This document shows, piece by piece, positions 1 through 10,870 of a stretch of DNA of 63,128 bases; within the stretch, counting starts at the first letter, position 1; every line of letters starts with the position of its first letter. Below the pieces are notes generated by a model. That model was given only the letters and a program-made list of their open reading frames with translations, was not told the DNA's origin and ran no database searches. The stretch spans positions 1-63,128 of the forward strand of contig CATOJW010000019.1 in the NCBI GenBank assembly GCA_951800365.1, read 5' to 3'. A program made the translations under genes and the position numbers. This stretch comes from an uncultured Lachnospiraceae bacterium. GTDB taxonomy: Bacteria; Bacillota; Clostridia; Lachnospirales; Lachnospiraceae.

Positions 1-160
1 GAGCGGTTTATGCATTATTTACAAAAACACAGTGAAAAGGTATCTTGTTTTTTTCAACATAGAAAGTTGAAATATATTCAAGACTACGGCTATTAAAACA
101 TTGACTTTTAATAGCCGTAGTAATATAATCAATCATAAGAAAAAATTTTTTTCGCTCGAA

Positions 161-319
161 ATACACAGCCAAAGCCCCAAGGAAGGTCTGCGCAGGGTCA
201 TCTCGGCACTTAGACGTTGTGTTGCTGTGTTTTAGCGCCTTAGTGTCCGCTATGAGGAAATAAGAAATGCTAAGCACAAGCGAGCCCGGAACAGACCTTC
301 CTTGGAGCTTTGGCGTCCC
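161..319 (+). repeat. Type C structured repeat, copy C1 (about 160 bp, terminal inverted arms, ends in TGGCGTCC)
   Basis: Near-identical to copies at 3597, 10871 and 50613; arms ccaaggaaggtctgc / gaacagaccttccttgg are self-complementary, with internal hairpins. Confidence 0.8.
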
Positions 320-369
320 TTCTTCAACAAAATCAATCACTAACAACAACTACAAAAAGGAGTTTCCCA

Positions 370-1304
370 TGAAAAACAAAAACTACAATCAAATCGCCGG
401 TGGATTATACGGTCTTCTAATCGGTGATGCATTAGGCGTCCCCTACGAATTTCACCCCGCCGAAGAAATCCCGCCCTATTCTGAAATTGAAATGACACCG
501 CCCCCTTATTTCCCCCGTTCCCATGCATCCGTCCCCGCCGGAACATGGTCAGACGATGGCTCTCAAGCACTCTGCCTATTAGACAGCCTTCTTACCTGTT
601 ATAAATTTTGCCTAAAAGACTTTTCTGATCGGCTTTCTGCTTGGTATGAAAACGGCTATTTAGCAATAGAAGGAATCGTATTTGACGTTGGCATCCAAAC
701 CAGTGAAGCACTTCATGCGTACCATACAGGCACACCTTGCGAAAAATGCGGTCTTCTGCGTCCAAACGGCAAAGGAAACGGCGCACTTATGAGAGTCCTT
801 CCTCTCGCCCTCTATCACACTGGAACAGATCTGCAGCTAGTAACCGATGCTCACAACCAATGTCTTATCACCCACGGACATCCCTGCAATCAAGTCTGCT
901 GTGCCCTCTACTGCCTGACCGCACGCTATTTACTAAAAAACCTCGACTTTCCCACAGCCCTTGCCACGGCTCTTTCTTCCCTGCGCTCTATTTACCAATC
1001 TATGCCCAAATACGACCAAGAACTAGAATGGAGTATTCGCCCAGACGAACCTTGGCAAGGCAGCGGATCAGGTTATGTAGTAGACTGTCTGCGCAGTGCA
1101 TTTATGATTCTAAACCATACTTCCAGCTATGAATCTGCTGTAAAACAAGCCATTCTATTAGGCAATGACACCGACACCACAGCTTGTGTAACAGGCGGAC
1201 TTGCCGGAATTTTATATGGCTTTGAAACCATTCCCAAAAGATGGCTTGATTTATTAAAAGGAAAATCCCAAGTCGAACAATTTCTTCAAAGACTTATTAT
1301 TTAA
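370..1304 (+). CDS. ADP-ribosylglycohydrolase family protein
   Basis: The N-terminal GGLYGLLIGDALGVPYEFH motif is typical of the DraG-like family. The ATG at 370 is preceded by aaaaagga. The ORF-track start at 267 lies inside repeat C1. Confidence 0.7.
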
Positions 1305-2281
1305 TATTCCCATCCAAGCCGTTTTTCCTCAAAATAGCGCAAAATCCAATAAGGATTTACACTCTGTTCCACATAATGTTCCGTCTGAATATAAATACCC
1401 AGATGCAGATGCACGGCAAAATTCCCTACCGTTCCCTCCACCTTACTATACCCGCTGTCCCCCATAAATCCAATCAATTCCCCTGCCTTTACACTATCTC
1501 CCTCTTTCCAATCCTTTGCGTATCGATAAAGATGCGCATAATAGAAATATCCTCCACTCGGACTGCGAATCCCAATTCGATACCCGCCCTTCTCTAACCA
1601 TCCAATCCGTTCCACTACTCCGTCCGTCATACTGACAATCGGAAAATACCCCCGTTCATTATTTCCCGCCATAATGTCACAGCCCTCATGCACATGAGAA
1701 GCATCTTTATAGACCCGTTCACTCCCCCAGCCATTACTATAATAAATATCCGCTGCCTTTCTATTACTGCTCTTTGGAACAGGAAAATACAAAATATCAG
1801 AAATCACTGCCCGATAAGCCTCTACCAGCTTCTGATAAGCCTCCTCCTGCCGTTCTAAATACCATTCCTTACTATCCTGAAAATACTCGATCTCCCGCAC
1901 AGAATCTGGCATAGCAGCAAACCGATCCAAACGAAATTCACTCACTCCCATCCATACAGCAAGCACCTCCTCCAAAGGAACATCATAGTTTTCCTGAAAT
2001 TCCTTTAAATCCAAAATTGCCTCCTCACTCATCCACATTTCCCGAAATCTCTCCGTTTCTTCTGCATAGGAAGGAAGTCTGCGCACCGTACCCTGAAAAA
2101 CTAATTGTTCTATTAAAACCACATTAAAAAAAGCAAAAAACAAACAAAGCCCTATCAGCCAATAAAAAGCCTTTCGATTCTTACGCTGCTTCTCTTTCTG
2201 TACAATCCGATATTCCAACCCCATCCCCCCTATCTTAAAATATTTATCCCCCAAACAATTCCTTACATCATATTCTCTCAA
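1301..2281 (-). CDS. M23 family metallopeptidase (LytM-like), membrane anchored
   Basis: N-terminal TM helix; C-terminal M23 motifs (GYFYYAHL, HLHLGIY). Confidence 0.7.
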   Translation of the reverse strand: MREYDVRNCLGDKYFKIGGMGLEYRIVQKEKQRKNRKAFYWLIGLCLFFAFFNVVLIEQLVFQGTVRRLPSYAEETERFREMWMSEEAILDLKEFQENYDVPLEEVLAVWMGVSEFRLDRFAAMPDSVREIEYFQDSKEWYLERQEEAYQKLVEAYRAVISDILYFPVPKSSNRKAADIYYSNGWGSERVYKDASHVHEGCDIMAGNNERGYFPIVSMTDGVVERIGWLEKGGYRIGIRSPSGGYFYYAHLYRYAKDWKEGDSVKAGELIGFMGDSGYSKVEGTVGNFAVHLHLGIYIQTEHYVEQSVNPYWILRYFEEKRLGWEY

Positions 2282-2339
2282 ACAAAAGAGTATACCAAAA
2301 ATGACATAGCCTAAGCTATGTCATTTCTAGAATCTTCTT

Positions 2340-3419
2340 CTATTTTTCGTCTTTGTCCTCTTCCTCTTCTCCAAAAATAAATCGATGCAGTTCCTCAATA
2401 TTTTTCTCAAAATCCACATCCAGCACCAGCATTGCATTATACCAGCTATCCGTATAACTTCCATCTACAGGAATCCGAAACTGTTCCATCTCAGCAGAAA
2501 GCACTCCAGCATCAAACACCTTGGTAGCAAGTGAAGTCATCTCCATCAAATCCAAATCCGTAGTCACATATGGCAGCACCGTTTCCATCAAGGAAAGTAA
2601 CTCCGGCAAACTCTGATCCTTAAATTTTTCATAAATCGCATTCAATACAACCCGCTGCTTCTGTGTCCGTCCAAAATCACTTGTCTTTAAACTAACTCGA
2701 TTTCTGCAATATCCAACTACCTGACAGCCATTTAACGTCTGTGTTGCCCCCGGTATTAAATTTCGATAAGCCGGATTTGAAATAAAATTCGATGTGTTCT
2801 GGAAATTCGCTTCATCCGCATCAATATAAAGCGAAATTCCTCCCAGCTTATCAATTACCTTCTCCAGCATATTATAATTAATCGCCACATAACCATCCAA
2901 ATCCAAATCAAAATTATGAGAAAATACATCATACACCAGTTGAATTCCTCCCTTTTGATAAGGTGTATTCAATTTATTATTCGAATACCCCGGAATCTGC
3001 ACCAGCATATCTCTCATAAAAGAAGTCAGCATAATTTTTTTATGATTCGTATCTAACGTCACTACAATCAAAGCATCCGAAAGATTCCCGGACTCCTGAT
3101 CCAATCCCAACAATAAAATATTCGTAATTCCCTCTTTCGAACGTCCATCCGTATCCTTATCTGCAACCGTTTCCAATGTAGCCTCTGGTAAATGCGTATA
3201 CTCTTCCACTGGTACAGTTTCAAAATAGTCCTCCTGCACAACATGATCCGAACCATCATCATAATTTGCCAGCGACATCAGATAATACACATAAAATATC
3301 ATTCCTACCAAACACAAAATAATCACCAGTGCCGTAATCATAAAAACCTTATACCACAACGGCTTCCTTGCAAAAGCTCCCTTTTGTCTTCCTACACTTC
3401 TTTCGTTTGTCTTAGCCAT
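2340..3419 (-). CDS. LCP family (LytR-CpsA-Psr) cell-envelope phosphotransferase
   Basis: N-terminal TM helix; ILLLGLDQ...SDALIVVTLD...KIMLTSFMRD LCP core. Confidence 0.75.
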   Translation of the reverse strand: MAKTNERSVGRQKGAFARKPLWYKVFMITALVIILCLVGMIFYVYYLMSLANYDDGSDHVVQEDYFETVPVEEYTHLPEATLETVADKDTDGRSKEGITNILLLGLDQESGNLSDALIVVTLDTNHKKIMLTSFMRDMLVQIPGYSNNKLNTPYQKGGIQLVYDVFSHNFDLDLDGYVAINYNMLEKVIDKLGGISLYIDADEANFQNTSNFISNPAYRNLIPGATQTLNGCQVVGYCRNRVSLKTSDFGRTQKQRVVLNAIYEKFKDQSLPELLSLMETVLPYVTTDLDLMEMTSLATKVFDAGVLSAEMEQFRIPVDGSYTDSWYNAMLVLDVDFEKNIEELHRFIFGEEEEDKDEK

Positions 3420-3596
3420 ACTGTCTCCTTTTTCTTCTCATCATAAATCCACTTCATTTTCTCTCAGCTATCACAACATCATAACTCCCGTCCTCTAAAT
3501 CAAAATACTCCAAATATAAAAAACTTTCCCTAATCTAACAACACACAATCAAAAATCTGCACAAATCAGGTGCTAAAAAATTATGTCAATCAGGTA

Positions 3597-3763
3597 CACA
3601 CAGCCGAAAGCCAAATGGGGTTCTATGCAGGGTCATCATTTCCCGTCGGCACTTAAGCACTGTGTTGCTGTATTTTAGTGCCTTATGTGTCCGCTATGAA
3701 AATAGGAAATGCTAAGCGCAAGCGAGCCCGGAGCAGACCCCCTTTTGGATTTCAGCGTTTCCC
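3597..3763 (+). repeat. Type C structured repeat, copy C2
   Basis: Same family as 161-319; ends 4 bp downstream of the pepD stop. Confidence 0.8.
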
Positions 3764-3766
3764 TTA

Positions 3767-5248
3767 TCATAATTTTTCCAGTACCTCCACCAAATACTCC
3801 CAAACCCGTGCCACAGAAGAAATACTCAACCGCTCCCGTGTAGTATGAATATCCTTTATATCTGGTCCAAAAGAAATCGCATCCAGCCTTGGGCATTTCT
3901 CTAAAAGAATCCCACACTCCAACCCAGCATGAATTGCCTGTACCAACGGTTCTTTTTTATACTTTTCTCTATAAATCTCTACTGCCGTTTCCCGCAGTTT
4001 TGAATCCGCCCGATACTCCCAAGCCGGATACTCTCCACGTGTCGTATATTCTCCCCCTAAAAACTCTGTCATCGAACGAAGCTGATTGCTCAGTGCCTCT
4101 TTTCGGCTTCCTACACTGCTTCGAACTGAAGCCGTAACCGTAAGTTTCTCCTGATCCAGCAATACAATCCCAAGATTTAAAGAAGTTTCCACCAATCCCG
4201 GAATGATTCTGCTCCAATTCTGCACCCCATTCGGCAGATTTGCCAGCAGATAAACAACATTCTTCTGACAAGACAAGTCAATCCTCTTTTCTATCCTACT
4301 ATCCCTTTTTCTCCACTCTATCCTAAGATTCGGATCAGAACATGCATACTCTGCCTGATAAACCGCCATCCGCTCCTGTAAAAGCTGCTCAAACTGCCCA
4401 GCATCTTCTGCCTTTACCAACAAAGAAAACGCACACTCCGCCGCAATCGCATTATCTTTTTCTCCGCCCTGCAGTTTACAAATTCCATAGGAAATCTTTT
4501 GCTCTAACTCCAAAAGCAAACGTCCCGTTAATTTTATCGCATTAGCACGCTCCTTGTCAATCTCAGAACCAGAATGTCCTCCTGTTAGTCCCGTCACCTT
4601 TATCTGATATAAAATCCCCTCTTCTTCCAGATAACGAACCGGAATAACCATATCCCCTCTTAAACCTCCTGCACAACTTGTTAAAAAAACACCCTCTTCT
4701 TCGGAATCCAAATTAATCAGATACTGTCCCTTTAGCATCGATAAATCAATGCCCGCTGCTCCTAAAAGTCCAATCTCTTCATCCACCGTCAGCACCACTT
4801 CCAAATGCGGATGAGAAAGGCTGTCATCTTCTAAAACTGCCAGTGCATAAGCAACCGCAATTCCGTCATCTCCTCCAAGACTTGTACCCTCCGCATAAAT
4901 TTCATCTCCATCCACTTTTAAACGCAGAGCATCCTTCGAAAAATCAATATCACAATCCTCATCCTTTACTGTTACCATATCCAAATGCCCCTGCAGAATA
5001 ATTCCATCATCCTGCTCTCTTCCTTTTGAAGCCTCTTTCATCAAAATAATATTATTCCAACTATCCTGTATATAAGAAAGTCCATGCTCTTTTGCAAATG
5101 CAACACAATAATCACTAATCGCTTTGGTATTTCCCGAACCATGCGGGATTTTTGAAATTTCTTCAAAATAATAAAATACTCGTTCCGGTTTTAATAATTC
5201 CAACAAAACAATACCTCCTTCAAAACATACTATATGTAATATTGACAC
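3767..5248 (-). CDS. pepD: Aminoacyl-histidine dipeptidase (PepD, M20C family)
   Basis: ERVFYYFEEISKIPHGSGN N-terminus, GHLDMV metal-binding region, about 490 aa. Confidence 0.75.
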   Translation of the reverse strand: MSILHIVCFEGGIVLLELLKPERVFYYFEEISKIPHGSGNTKAISDYCVAFAKEHGLSYIQDSWNNIILMKEASKGREQDDGIILQGHLDMVTVKDEDCDIDFSKDALRLKVDGDEIYAEGTSLGGDDGIAVAYALAVLEDDSLSHPHLEVVLTVDEEIGLLGAAGIDLSMLKGQYLINLDSEEEGVFLTSCAGGLRGDMVIPVRYLEEEGILYQIKVTGLTGGHSGSEIDKERANAIKLTGRLLLELEQKISYGICKLQGGEKDNAIAAECAFSLLVKAEDAGQFEQLLQERMAVYQAEYACSDPNLRIEWRKRDSRIEKRIDLSCQKNVVYLLANLPNGVQNWSRIIPGLVETSLNLGIVLLDQEKLTVTASVRSSVGSRKEALSNQLRSMTEFLGGEYTTRGEYPAWEYRADSKLRETAVEIYREKYKKEPLVQAIHAGLECGILLEKCPRLDAISFGPDIKDIHTTRERLSISSVARVWEYLVEVLEKL

Positions 5249-5347
5249 AAAATCAAAAAAAAATCAACCTGTTTTCTTGGCAGCCTGTTCTATTTACTTC
5301 ACTTTTGAATACATTAGCAATAAATAAAGAAAAAAGGCAGATCTTTT

Positions 5348-6259
5348 ATGGCAATTTTCCTGATTCTGGCATTTCTTATGCTGCTTTCTAATCCGGAAAT
5401 TACAGTTCTTGGTGCAAAAACAGGGTTAAACCTATGGTTAAACTCTGTTGTACCTTCCCTGCTTCCCTTTTTAATTTTTTCCAATCTGTTATTTGAAGCA
5501 GATGCAGTTTCCTATCTTACCGCTTTGCTTTCTCCTCTGTGCCATCTGCTGTTTGGCACTTCAAAAGACGGCAGTTTTGCTGTAATATCTGGCTTTCTAT
5601 GTGGATTTCCGATGGGCAGCAAAAGCTGTTTAGAATTAGTAAAGCACCAAAAAATAAAAAAAGAGGAAGCTGCTTATCTTGTCAGCTTCTGTAACAACGC
5701 AAGCCCTGCTTTTGTAATCAGCTTTATCTGTCATGGTATTTTCTCCGGCAAAAACGGACTTTTGCTGCCTGTCCTGTTTTCGTTTTACTCTGCCCCCCTT
5801 ATTACTGGTATTTTATTTCGCTTTCTTTTTCAAAAACAGACAAATGAACCTGACCTTTCTTTGCAAAGCAGTTCCCCGCCTGCTGCTTTTCAATTTCAAT
5901 ATCTAGATCACGCTATTATGAACGCTTTTCAAACGATTGTCCGTCTTGGAGGCTATATCACTTTTTTTGCCGTACTTTCCGCTTTTCTTCAGTCAGCAGT
6001 ATTTCTTCCTATACCGCTTCGCCTGTTTTTAACAGCCGTTATTGAACTGACAACCGGGGCAAGCCTGCTTGGAAAACTCCCTGTTTCTCTTAAACTTCGG
6101 GTCATTGCTGTCTGTGCCTGTGTTTCTTTCGGCAGCTTATCCGGCTTTGCCCAATCCTATACCCTGTTAAAAGAAGGAGAAATTCCGGCTCGTTATTATT
6201 TGGTTGGCAAACTGCTTACCTGCTTTCTTTGTACGGTTTTCCTTTTTATCTTTCTATAA
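5348..6259 (+). CDS. Polytopic membrane protein, YlbJ-like (sporulation integral membrane protein family)
   Basis: Multi-TM protein; Bacillus-like synteny next to coaD and rsmD (ylbH-ylbI-ylbJ). Confidence 0.5.
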   Translation: MAIFLILAFLMLLSNPEITVLGAKTGLNLWLNSVVPSLLPFLIFSNLLFEADAVSYLTALLSPLCHLLFGTSKDGSFAVISGFLCGFPMGSKSCLELVKHQKIKKEEAAYLVSFCNNASPAFVISFICHGIFSGKNGLLLPVLFSFYSAPLITGILFRFLFQKQTNEPDLSLQSSSPPAAFQFQYLDHAIMNAFQTIVRLGGYITFFAVLSAFLQSAVFLPIPLRLFLTAVIELTTGASLLGKLPVSLKLRVIAVCACVSFGSLSGFAQSYTLLKEGEIPARYYLVGKLLTCFLCTVFLFIFL

Positions 6260-6317
6260 ATAATCAAAAATGCAGTACATAAATTAACCACTATGTAGAC
6301 TACTTTTTTCCTGTCTT

Positions 6318-6947
6318 TTATTCATATTCATTTCCATTATAGTTTTCTGCTGCCTGTGTCTGATCTGAGTCCGAACTGGTATCCTGTTTGTTTTCTTCCG
6401 GCGGCAGCAGTTCTGCCCGATTAGTGCGAATCTGTTCATAAGTGGAAATCAATAATTTTTGAAAACTATCATATTTCATAGCGGCACTTTCCAATGTGTC
6501 CGCTATAATATTCTGTGTATCTGCAAGTATATCATCCGTATACTGAATTGCACCCATACGAATACTATTGGCATCCATTGCTGCAGCATCAATAATCTCC
6601 TGCGCCTGCTGTGTTGCCATCTGTAAAATCTCATTTGCTCTTAAATAAGCCTGCTGTACTACTTCACTTTCATTTACCAATTCATTGGTCTGTGTCTTGG
6701 CATCCTGTAGGAGCTTCGCTGCATCTGCCTGTGCTTTTGCTAGGATCTCATCCCGGTTTCGTATAATGCTCTGGTATTTTTTTATTTCATCCGGTGTGCG
6801 CAGTTTCAGTTCTGTAATTAACTCTAAAAACTGATCCTTATTCACAATAATCTTTGTGTTTGATAAGGGCTGCGGTTTACAGCCATCGATAAAATCCTCA
6901 ATCTCTTCGATTAGCTGCTCGATCTTACTGGTATTATTTGCACTCAT
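6318..6947 (-). CDS. Hypothetical coiled-coil protein (V-ATPase subunit H-like composition)
   Basis: Long ORF with good codon usage; coiled-coil, acidic C-terminus; no confident family assignment. Confidence 0.45.
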   Translation of the reverse strand: MSANNTSKIEQLIEEIEDFIDGCKPQPLSNTKIIVNKDQFLELITELKLRTPDEIKKYQSIIRNRDEILAKAQADAAKLLQDAKTQTNELVNESEVVQQAYLRANEILQMATQQAQEIIDAAAMDANSIRMGAIQYTDDILADTQNIIADTLESAAMKYDSFQKLLISTYEQIRTNRAELLPPEENKQDTSSDSDQTQAAENYNGNEYE

Positions 6948-6962
6948 TTACGATTTCTCCTT

Positions 6963-7448
6963 CTATCCACTCACTCCATACTTCTCATAGAGCTTCCTCA
7001 CAACCAACTCCGGCACAAATTTATAAATCGCTCCGCCCATTGCAGCTACTTCTTTTACTGTACTTGAACTAAGATAGGCATATTCTAAACGTGTTGTAAG
7101 AAAAACGGTTTCTATATTTGAATTTAATGCATGATTAATCTGTGACATCTGAAGCTCATACTCAAAATCAGTAATCGCACGCAGACCTCTGACAATCATA
7201 TTTGCCTGTGACTGTACAGCAAACTCTACTAACAAACCATCAAAAGACTGAATCGTTACATGTTTTAGGTGTCTTGTCACTTCTTTTAACATATTAACAC
7301 GTTCTTCTACGGAAAACAACGGACTTTTTGATTTATTATTTAAGACACCTACAATCAGCTCATCTGTAATGGCAAGGGAACGCTCAATAATATCTAAATG
7401 TCCCAATGTCACCGGATCAAAACTGCCGGGATAAATTGCTCGATTCAT
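6963..7448 (-). CDS. coaD: Phosphopantetheine adenylyltransferase
   Basis: [21 protein letters not shown] signature (HxGH nucleotidyltransferase). Confidence 0.95.
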   Translation of the reverse strand: MNRAIYPGSFDPVTLGHLDIIERSLAITDELIVGVLNNKSKSPLFSVEERVNMLKEVTRHLKHVTIQSFDGLLVEFAVQSQANMIVRGLRAITDFEYELQMSQINHALNSNIETVFLTTRLEYAYLSSSTVKEVAAMGGAIYKFVPELVVRKLYEKYGVSG

Positions 7449-7478
7449 AACAACTTTTTCTCCTTATATTTCTTTTGC

Positions 7479-8045
7479 CTATATTCTATTCTGGTTTCTT
7501 TTTAAAAAAATATGCTTATTCGTCTTATACTTTTTTTCTTTCTCTATTGCAAATCCCAGTATCTGTACATCCTCTAACTCCGTAGAAAGAGATGCTTCTA
7601 TCACAATGAAAGTATCCTCCCCTGCTAATTTCGAATCTCTTAAATACTGTAAAACCTGCCTCTCATACCCCTTTCGATAAGGAGGGTCTAAAAAAATAAC
7701 ATCAAATAAAATTTCCTCTCCTTCCAGCCTATTAAGTGCTGTCAAATAATCACATTCCATTACAACTGCATCTTCTTTTAATTTCGTAAATTCCAAATTG
7801 GCACGAATACATGCAGCCGCCTTTTTATTATTTTCTACAAAATAAGCTTTTTTTGCCCCACGACTCAATGCTTCAATTCCAATTCCTCCGCTGCCGGAAA
7901 AAAGATCCAAAACCAAACTATCTGGTATCTCTTGCTGCAGCATATTAAATAGCGTTTCTTTAATCCGATCGGTCGTTGGTCTGGTATCCTTTCCATCGAT
8001 TGTCTGAAGCGGAAGCCTCCTTGCCTTTCCTGCTATTACTCGCAT
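7479..8045 (-). CDS. rsmD: 16S rRNA (guanine966-N2)-methyltransferase RsmD
   Basis: DLFSGSGGIGIEALSRGA and FLDPPY motifs; adjacent to coaD as in Bacillus. Confidence 0.9.
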   Translation of the reverse strand: MRVIAGKARRLPLQTIDGKDTRPTTDRIKETLFNMLQQEIPDSLVLDLFSGSGGIGIEALSRGAKKAYFVENNKKAAACIRANLEFTKLKEDAVVMECDYLTALNRLEGEEILFDVIFLDPPYRKGYERQVLQYLRDSKLAGEDTFIVIEASLSTELEDVQILGFAIEKEKKYKTNKHIFLKRNQNRI

Positions 8046-8287
8046 TATACTCTCCTATCTTTTCTCTTTCTCCCTTTTCTTATCGTACACAGATTCTGCC
8101 AAAAATACCAGTATCTGTGTACGATAATGATTATAACAGAAAAATGACCGCTTACAAGTACTTTTTTCAGCGATCTACGACTTTTCTTTTTTTGGAATAT
8201 GATTTATACTAATTTTATCACAAGCTGCATATAAGATTTCCTATTATTTATAATTTATTCTATCCAAAAAAGGCAGGTGCAATTACT

Positions 8288-10051
8288 ATGAAAAAACATA
8301 CGCTAGAAACCTACTGGACCAAACATATTACAGAAACAAATGTCTGGCAGGAATACCCCCGTCCTACTATGGTTCGCTCCTCTTATATCAATTTAAATGG
8401 CTATTGGGACTATACCATCAGCCGAAACGCCAAATTTCCCTCCGCCTATAAGGGAAAAATTTTAGTTCCATTTTCTCCTGAATCCCAATTATCAGGAGTA
8501 AAACGCCAATTAAAACCAAATGAATTTCTTTGGTATCACAGAACGATTTCTTTTTTACAACTCCAACCTACCGAACGACTCTATCTGCATTTTGGTGCAG
8601 TCGATCAATCCTGCACCGTTTATATCAATCAAAAAGAAGTCGGATCACACAGCGGAGGTTATCTCCCTTTTTCTATAAATATTACAGAAGCAGTTCAAGA
8701 CACCTTCCAATCTCAAGAGATCTGTGATCTCTTTGTTCGAGTTACCGATCCCAGCGATACCTCCTATCACAGCCGTGGAAAACAAAAACTGCATAACAGT
8801 GGTATGTTTTATACGGCACAAAGCGGTATCTGGCAGACGGTTTGGATGGAAATTGTACCGGATAATTTTATACGCTATATAAAATTCACTCCCAACTATG
8901 ATAAAAAAGAAATAACTGTCAAGATTTCTACTAAAGAAACTTGTCCTGCTTCCATCAAGCTGCTTCTTCCGTCCGGCACATGTTCTTACTCCATTACCAG
9001 CAATCAAAGCTTCCTGATTCCAATTAAAGAATTTTATCCATGGAGCCCGGAACATCCCTATCTATATCAAGTAACCATTACAACTGCCACCGATCAAGTA
9101 TCTAGTTACTTTGCTCTTCGAAAATGTGATATACAAACGGATTCTAATGGGATTCGGCGAATTTTTCTCAACAACCGTCCTTATCCTCAAGTCGGAATCC
9201 TCGATCAGGGATACTGGCCGGACGGTCTTTACACCCCGCCATGCGAAGAAGCCATGATCTTTGATATCCTTTCTGTAAAAAAACTAGGCTTTAATATGAT
9301 ACGAAAACATCTGAAAATCGAATCCGAACGCTGGTATTATACCTGTGATCGGCTTGGTATTTTAGTCTGGCAGGATATGGTAAACGGCGGAAGTCATTAT
9401 CATCACTGGTTTGTTACTTATATGGCAACCCTTTTTAACTATTCCGGCAAAAGAGTTTTCGATCACCCTCATGCACTGCTTTCACGTCAAAATAAAGAAG
9501 GCAGAAAAGAATGGGCAAAAGAAATGGTTTCCAGCATCCGCTTTCTCTCTTCCCACCCCTGCATTATATGCTGGGTTCCATTTAACGAAGGCTGGGGACA
9601 ATTTCGGGCACTCTTTGCAGCAGAACTGATTCGCAGTCTGGATCCAGAACGACTGATCGATCATGCCAGCGGCTGGTTCGATCAAGGCGGAGGAGATATC
9701 AAAAGTATTCACTACTACTTTTTCTCACTGATTCTCCACCCGGAAAGACGTGCACTTGCTCTGACTGAGTTTGGCGGCTACGCTTGGCATGTACCAAAAC
9801 ATAGCTATTCCTCAAAAACATTTGGCTACCGCACCTTTCCTAACCGAAAATCTTTGACAAACGGCTATCATAAATTAATGGAAACACTGATTTTTCCAGC
9901 ATTTCAAAACGGACTTTCCGCTTCCGTTTATACACAGCTTTCCGACGTAGAAGAAGAAATCAACGGAATCTTTACCTATGACAGAAAAATTTTAAAAATC
10001 GATGCTCAAACCCTGATTGAATGGAATCAAAAAATTCGAGGGGGACGCTGA
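8288..10051 (+). CDS. Glycoside hydrolase family 2 protein
   Basis: GH2 sugar-binding/catalytic-like motifs (WSPEHPYLYQV, NEGWGQF), 587 aa. Confidence 0.65.
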   Translation: MKKHTLETYWTKHITETNVWQEYPRPTMVRSSYINLNGYWDYTISRNAKFPSAYKGKILVPFSPESQLSGVKRQLKPNEFLWYHRTISFLQLQPTERLYLHFGAVDQSCTVYINQKEVGSHSGGYLPFSINITEAVQDTFQSQEICDLFVRVTDPSDTSYHSRGKQKLHNSGMFYTAQSGIWQTVWMEIVPDNFIRYIKFTPNYDKKEITVKISTKETCPASIKLLLPSGTCSYSITSNQSFLIPIKEFYPWSPEHPYLYQVTITTATDQVSSYFALRKCDIQTDSNGIRRIFLNNRPYPQVGILDQGYWPDGLYTPPCEEAMIFDILSVKKLGFNMIRKHLKIESERWYYTCDRLGILVWQDMVNGGSHYHHWFVTYMATLFNYSGKRVFDHPHALLSRQNKEGRKEWAKEMVSSIRFLSSHPCIICWVPFNEGWGQFRALFAAELIRSLDPERLIDHASGWFDQGGGDIKSIHYYFFSLILHPERRALALTEFGGYAWHVPKHSYSSKTFGYRTFPNRKSLTNGYHKLMETLIFPAFQNGLSASVYTQLSDVEEEINGIFTYDRKILKIDAQTLIEWNQKIRGGR

Positions 10052-10052
10052 A

Positions 10053-10195
10053 ATGGGAAGAAAGGTCTATTCCGGGTCCGCTCTCGCTTAGCATTTCCTC
10101 GTAGCGGACACTAAGGTGCTAAAATACAGCACCTAAGTGCCGACGGGAAATGATGACCCTGCATAGACCTTTCTTCCCATTTCAGCTGTTTCTAC
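10053..10195 (-). repeat. Type C structured repeat, copy C3 (variant arms gggaagaaaggtctat / atagacctttcttccc)
   Basis: Reverse-complement homolog of the type C core; starts 2 bp after the GH2 stop. Confidence 0.75.
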
Positions 10196-10434
10196 CAGCC
10201 AGAATTTTCACTTTTTTACTCATAGCAAGTAATCTCTGATTCCATTTCTGGCTCAAGACAAAATACCAACGAAACATGTCGGTTTTTTACAGCATATCCA
10301 CTTGGATTTCTTGCTTGAAAAGTTGTAGTATGTTGTACAACATCAATCACTGTCCGATTATACATCCTTCCTTTTCTCCCTTTCTTCCAATCCAAACAAC
10401 TTTTGAATCAAAAGATAGAAAAAAACTGCAACTT

Positions 10435-10815
10435 TTATAATATCATACCCTTTTTTACTCTTGAAACAATATCCGTCCATTTCTTTCCTAGCCTAATACA
10501 TTCCTCATACAACAATTCTGGTTGATGTTCATACCTTGAAGGCGTTTCAAACGTACTAATCAAATCCACTTCATATACATTCTCTGACACCTTTTTACCA
10601 TACAACTCAGCATATGCACAAGTATATGGTAAATATTCTCTTATTTCATCTGTAATCGTCCATCTCTCCATCTTAATCAAATACCTCCTTATAAGTTTGC
10701 TCCAACGTTTCATACATTCCCAAACTATGTCTTTTAATACAGACAACATATTTTTATTCTTACTAAAATTCCCTTTATCAGCAGTTAAACCAACATATTT
10801 TGCAATACTTTCCAT
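10435..10815 (-). CDS. Hypothetical protein
   Basis: ORF with typical composition. The track start at 10938 runs into repeat C4, so I chose the internal ATG that gives MESIAKYVG. Confidence 0.35.
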   Translation of the reverse strand: MESIAKYVGLTADKGNFSKNKNMLSVLKDIVWECMKRWSKLIRRYLIKMERWTITDEIREYLPYTCAYAELYGKKVSENVYEVDLISTFETPSRYEHQPELLYEECIRLGKKWTDIVSRVKKGMIL

Positions 10816-10870
10816 ATCACTATCTATATAAGTTTTACTTAATTCCTGAACATTTATAATTATTCTGTTC

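Noticed and set aside
83-123. Hairpin actacggctatt...aatagccgtagt near the window start as a terminator
   Set aside because: There is no U-run on either strand, and it lies at the window edge with unknown context. I did not annotate it.
267-369. N-terminal extension of the ADP-ribosylglycohydrolase ORF as given by the ORF track
   Set aside because: The extension lies entirely inside repeat copy C1. The conserved N-terminus starts at the ATG at 370, which has an RBS.
6318-6947. Assignment of the 209-aa coiled-coil protein as an ATP synthase or V-ATPase subunit
   Set aside because: The only evidence is compositional resemblance (coiled coil, Ala/Gln-rich), with no diagnostic motif. I kept it as hypothetical.
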